Position numbers and translations under genes: made by a program
Notes under the pieces: model-generated
Databases searched by the model: none
What the model was told of the DNA's origin: nothing
Seen by the model: the letters and a program-made list of their open reading frames with translations, nothing else
IMG/VR virus record: IMGVR_UViG_3300041809_000885
Location: 1 to 57,603 of that record
Reading direction: 5' to 3' (one strand)
Length of the DNA stretch: 57,603 bases
Source of the DNA: a virus
Taxonomy: Duplodnaviria > Caudoviricetes
Shown here: piece after piece, positions 54,083-57,603 of the stretch
How the letters are laid out: every line of letters begins with the position of its first letter
How positions within the stretch are numbered: position 1 is the first letter of the stretch

Positions 54083-54481
54083 TCAGCGAAACCTCCGGAG
54101 AATCATTGTTTTTGCGTGCTCAAACGAATCGGCTCGTGCCACCGTTGGATGATGCTGCCACGTACCAAAATCCGGACAGTCGCCAACTAAAATTGTCAGA
54201 ATGCCAGCGCCAATCGCAATACCCGCTTCGACGAGAGCGCCGCGAAGTTTGTCATTGGCGCAGCCGTAGACAATGACGGCATCCGACTGTTTTACGTCTT
54301 CCTCGTCAACCAGCCAAAAGATATGAAAATCTTCAGGCGATAGCTCGTGGCCGGGATGCTCCAGGGCTGCTTGATCGTGCCAGCGGGCGTGAAGATTTAT
54401 GCCTTCCGCCTTCCACGCTTCGCGATAGCCTTGGAATTGCTCGGCGTAGGTAAGTTTGCTGGCAATATAAACTCGAATCAT
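54083..54481 (-). CDS. Nucleoside 2-deoxyribosyltransferase-like protein
   Basis: VYIAS, D..DV..SDAVI, GALVEAGIA; start 54481 by overlap with the PolA stop. Confidence 0.75.
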   Translation of the reverse strand: MIRVYIASKLTYAEQFQGYREAWKAEGINLHARWHDQAALEHPGHELSPEDFHIFWLVDEEDVKQSDAVIVYGCANDKLRGALVEAGIAIGAGILTILVGDCPDFGTWQHHPTVARADSFEHAKTMILRRFR

Positions 54482-56355
54482 TTCTCGTACCTTTCGCCTA
54501 ATGCGCCCTCGGCCGCCAACGGGATGCCGGGCAGCCATGACGGTTCAACCGTCATCTCGGCAATGCAAAGCTGCAGCATTTCTTCCTCGCGGCCATTACG
54601 AGGTATCAGCAACAGTAGCTCATCGTAAGGCCAGTTCAAGCTTCTTATCCCGTATTTTTTCTTGATCCGGATCATTGCCTGGCTGACGATCATTCGACTG
54701 ACGCCCTCGCAGATGTTCTGCGTCAGCTTGCTTCCCCATATGAACCGCCAACCGTCGCGCTTCTTGACGCGCCAGCCGGTCTTCGGGTTTTCGTCGTCCG
54801 GTTGCGGGGTGTGATACTCCATGCTGTCGTAGATCATCGGCGCACCCTCGATATAGATGCGGTGATCCTTGATAAACATCGGGCCGAACATCATCGGGTC
54901 GCCGCCGGCCAGTCGCGCGATTACCCGCTCGCATTGCGCCCAGTAGCCGGTGCGAGGCGCGCATATCCAGGGGGTGTCCTGTCGGAACGTATCGACGAAG
55001 GCGTTAGCCGTTTCGATCGACATGTCGACGCGCGGACCATAGGTGCCGGCCGCGGCGGTAGCCTTGAACTGCTTGCCTGACGCGCCATAGATGCACATCA
55101 ACTGCCCCTGCTTGCCCATGCCGCGTTTGGCCTTCAACTCGTCATAACGAGGATCGCCGTATTCCGGATTGTAGATTTCCTCCTGATAAAATTTCGATGC
55201 GGTGGAAGAATACGGATCCTCGTTGTTCCTGAATTTCTGCAGGATCGGGTTGGTCGGGTCGGCCAGATAATGCGCGACGCGGCACTCGATCTGGCTGGCG
55301 TCGACCGGCGCTAGATAAAATCCAGTCGGCGCCTTGACCGCGCGACGGATAGGGGCACCACGTTTGAAGTTGAGCCAATTGCATCCGTCGCCACCGCTTG
55401 GTCGTAGCGTTCCAGCTCCAGCGTAAAAAAGATAAACAGGTGCAGGTCCGCGTGACGCCACCCAGCCCAGCGTTGCCGCGCGGGTCTGCAATTGCGTAGA
55501 CTTTGCATCGATGCGCGCTTCCGCCAGCGCACGAACGCGCGGGTTGTCGTGCTCAAGCAGGTAGTCCCGCATGAAGGGATCGTTCTTGGCGAAGGCATAA
55601 ATCTCGTTTCCTTTCGGCGACGTCTTGGTTTCGATCTCGATGCCCTCGGCGCGCAGCAGCTCGGCGAACGCCTCGGCGGAAGACAGCTGTTCCTTGGTGA
55701 TGCCGAGGGCTTCGACGCCGTTGATCTTCTTGGCGGCTTCTTCCTCCCACAGCTTGGCCAGGATCGCGGTGTCGAGTTCTAAACACGGTTCTGAAAACAT
55801 CTTGACGACAGAATCGATTACATCCAATTCTGCCGCAGGAAATTTGTGATCGCGCAGCAAACGCTCGAAAATTATAACCTTCGATTCAACTTCGTCGCAG
55901 GCTCCCTGTGCCAAGGCCTGCTGTACCTGCGGCGCCATCTCATGCCAGTGCTTGCCTTCGAAGGAACCATAGGGAGTCGTTTTGGGAGGTAGATTAAAAT
56001 ATTTTCGAACCGAGTCCAATGAAACCGACAGATGATTGCCAAACATCAATCGACTCATCGCAAGGGTGCAGCCACTCATCTTTGGATGCACATCATAGCG
56101 CATACTTAGGACGCCGTGATCCCATTGAGCATGATGCGATACCAGAAAAATGTCGGACCAATCCTCTTGTTTTAAGATGTAGCGTAATTCGCGCTCATCG
56201 TACCAAACGGCTGATGTGTTGCGATCCCACTTGATGGCGGCGCCGTGCAATTCAAAGCGTGGATCACGAATGTATGCCTCCGTCGACATCGAACTAAGTG
56301 AATAGCCGATCTTTCGATCCCAAAAAGATTCGCAATCAAAAAATACAAGTCTCAC
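54478..56355 (-). CDS. polA: Family A DNA polymerase with 3'-5' exonuclease
   Basis: FDCES, HHAQWD; motif A DASQIECR; motif B RGMGKQGQLMCIYG; motif C PYDEL. Confidence 0.93.
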   Translation of the reverse strand: MRLVFFDCESFWDRKIGYSLSSMSTEAYIRDPRFELHGAAIKWDRNTSAVWYDERELRYILKQEDWSDIFLVSHHAQWDHGVLSMRYDVHPKMSGCTLAMSRLMFGNHLSVSLDSVRKYFNLPPKTTPYGSFEGKHWHEMAPQVQQALAQGACDEVESKVIIFERLLRDHKFPAAELDVIDSVVKMFSEPCLELDTAILAKLWEEEAAKKINGVEALGITKEQLSSAEAFAELLRAEGIEIETKTSPKGNEIYAFAKNDPFMRDYLLEHDNPRVRALAEARIDAKSTQLQTRAATLGWVASRGPAPVYLFYAGAGTLRPSGGDGCNWLNFKRGAPIRRAVKAPTGFYLAPVDASQIECRVAHYLADPTNPILQKFRNNEDPYSSTASKFYQEEIYNPEYGDPRYDELKAKRGMGKQGQLMCIYGASGKQFKATAAAGTYGPRVDMSIETANAFVDTFRQDTPWICAPRTGYWAQCERVIARLAGGDPMMFGPMFIKDHRIYIEGAPMIYDSMEYHTPQPDDENPKTGWRVKKRDGWRFIWGSKLTQNICEGVSRMIVSQAMIRIKKKYGIRSLNWPYDELLLLIPRNGREEEMLQLCIAEMTVEPSWLPGIPLAAEGALGERYEK

Positions 56356-56672
56356 TTGCTTGCATCCGTCATGATGTTGTGAATGATCGGGAGCAACGTG
56401 TGATCATCGTCGGCGATCGTCTCGTCCGAGAATGCGAGGAACGGGATCTTGAGAATATGGTTCGGCGCCTGCGGGTGATCGGCGGGGAGCCGGTAGGCGA
56501 TAATCCTTCGGCGAGACTTGTCGTGTGGGCCGAGCGATCGGAATTCAAGCTCGCATTCTGTGAGGTACCGGACGGCACGTTGCTGGTCGCGCTGGATGGT
56601 CGGCCCGCCGGGCATGCGGATGTGGGCGCGGCGGTTGGGATGATCGGCGAAGAATTGGGCGTCAACGCTCAT
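56352..56672 (-). CDS. Hypothetical protein
   Basis: 106 aa, overlap-coupled. Confidence 0.7.
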   Translation of the reverse strand: MSVDAQFFADHPNRRAHIRMPGGPTIQRDQQRAVRYLTECELEFRSLGPHDKSRRRIIAYRLPADHPQAPNHILKIPFLAFSDETIADDDHTLLPIIHNIMTDASK

Positions 56673-56925
56673 AAATCCACCGCAATCCGGATTTGCAGCG
56701 CTTGTCGACGTGCAGGGTCTGTCCGGGGTCCGGGTTCTCGCCGGTGATCAGGCATCGCTCGGGGCGAGGCTTGGGAAGCGGGACGGCGAGATCGGCACTG
56801 TGCGCCTTGTGCATCAGAGCAACAATGCCTGCAACGAGGCCCCCGCCGAAATAAACAATAAAAAATACCACGAATGCAGCGCGACCAAGCGGCGCCGCAT
56901 TATCCCACCAAGAACCACTTTTCAT
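56662..56925 (-). CDS. Small membrane protein
   Basis: TM segment, PLPKPRP linker, Cys pair. Confidence 0.6.
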   Translation of the reverse strand: MKSGSWWDNAAPLGRAAFVVFFIVYFGGGLVAGIVALMHKAHSADLAVPLPKPRPERCLITGENPDPGQTLHVDKRCKSGLRWIYER

Positions 56926-57347
56926 TTCCGCATCTCCAGCGCTCGGGTTAAAATGATCTCGGACCAGCGCCGGAGCGCATCGACCTTGGCATCGCCGGTC
57001 ACCTTGCTTGAGGCCTCGGCGAGGTCGACCAGCTGCACCGCGATCTGCTCGGCGTGCTTGCGCGCCTTGCGCTGCTCGTGCTGAATCGACGACGACACCT
57101 CGATCACCTGCCGGTAACTGTCATCCTCGCCCTTCTCGGCTGCGGTCATGCCCTCGGACGTGATGTGCAGGTTGAACATGCCTTCCGGATCCTGCGGCGA
57201 GGTGCGGCCCTTGAGAAAGCCGCGCTTGACCAGCGACTCGGCCGGCGCCTTCCAGCGGCCGATCGGCATCATCGGCTCGCCGGTGGCGGCAATCATCAGG
57301 ATGGTGAGTTCGTCTTGCGTAAGCTGTTTTTGGTCGAGGTCGGTCAT
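56922..57347 (-). CDS. Hypothetical protein
   Basis: Start moved to 57347 (MTDLDQKQ) after GGAG RBS. Confidence 0.7.
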   Translation of the reverse strand: MTDLDQKQLTQDELTILMIAATGEPMMPIGRWKAPAESLVKRGFLKGRTSPQDPEGMFNLHITSEGMTAAEKGEDDSYRQVIEVSSSIQHEQRKARKHAEQIAVQLVDLAEASSKVTGDAKVDALRRWSEIILTRALEMRK

Positions 57348-57348
57348 C

Positions 57349-57603
57349 TCAATGCTCCAAAAATGCAATTGGGCGTTTTGACTGCCAGCACAGCGCGCAT
57401 GTAGCGCAGCAGTCGGATCGATAAGTCTGCGCGGGGCAAACAATTGATTTGCCTGCTTCCGCTTCGCTTTTGATCACCGTGGTATAAGGCACGCCGGGCT
57501 TGCCGCGCAGGTAATGCCCAGATGATCGGACGGCAAAACGCCGCCAACGGGTGAAAACCAACTCGCGCAGTTCGCGGCCGATCGGGTCATTCTCGGTGCG
57601 CGC
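57349..57603 (-). CDS. C-terminal fragment of a Cys-rich (GP88-like) protein, 5'-truncated
   Basis: VCPAQT..CCATCALCW..IAFLEH; frame open to the window end. Confidence 0.55.
   Translation of the reverse strand, partial: ARTENDPIGRELRELVFTRWRRFAVRSSGHYLRGKPGVPYTTVIKSEAEAGKSIVCPAQTYRSDCCATCALCWQSKRPIAFLEH

Larger units (their letters stand above)
1..57603. mobile_element. Tailed dsDNA bacteriophage genome segment (podovirus-like; both ends truncated)
   Basis: Terminase, portal, scaffold, capsid, tail-tubular and ejection genes in order; GH19 endolysin; PolA/SNF2/VRR-NUC replication module; no tape-measure or tail-sheath gene seen; no host housekeeping genes. Confidence 0.95.

Noticed and set aside
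57349-57603. Circular genome joining the right end to position 1
   Set aside because: The two truncated minus-strand ORFs would join in frame, but they look like different families, there is no terminal overlap and no primase is present; an in-frame join has a 1 in 3 chance
1-57603. tRNA, rRNA or tyrosine integrase/attP
   Set aside because: None recognised by eye; tRNAscan-SE and HMM searches would be needed to exclude them

Overview
The window is most of a GC-rich tailed dsDNA phage genome with podovirus-like organisation. The host is probably alphaproteobacterial (inference from promoter style and gene content), and the genes at both edges are truncated. Left to right: early small genes around a candidate iteron origin (1-3.3 kb); an accessory and glycosylation block with DHH phosphoesterase, STELLO/GT75-like, GT2-like, GME-like epimerase, serine recombinase and TPR-glycosyltransferase genes (3.4-15.5 kb); fibre-like and lysis genes (15.6-20.5 kb); terminase, portal, scaffold, capsid, tail-tubular and ejection genes (20.4-41.6 kb); three exported fibre/spike-like genes (42-48 kb); and a minus-strand replication module with SSB-like protein, SNF2 helicase, VRR-NUC, Cas4-like exonuclease and PolA (48.5-57.6 kb). 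There are four free-standing HNH genes. The most striking feature is two related transposase-less cassettes (7889-8727 and 11680-12355). They share terminal inverted repeats (CATGCTTATCCG...), each has its own perfect 8-bp target-site duplication, and they carry unrelated small cargo genes, one resembling Tad1/Acb2 anti-defence proteins. Also notable are four tail-fibre/spike-like proteins with Sec or Tat export signals (the three Sec proteins with closely spaced cysteines), and a 20-bp palindrome in inverted orientation at both ends of the glycosylation block next to a serine recombinase. All family calls are by motif recognition only; no database searches were run.
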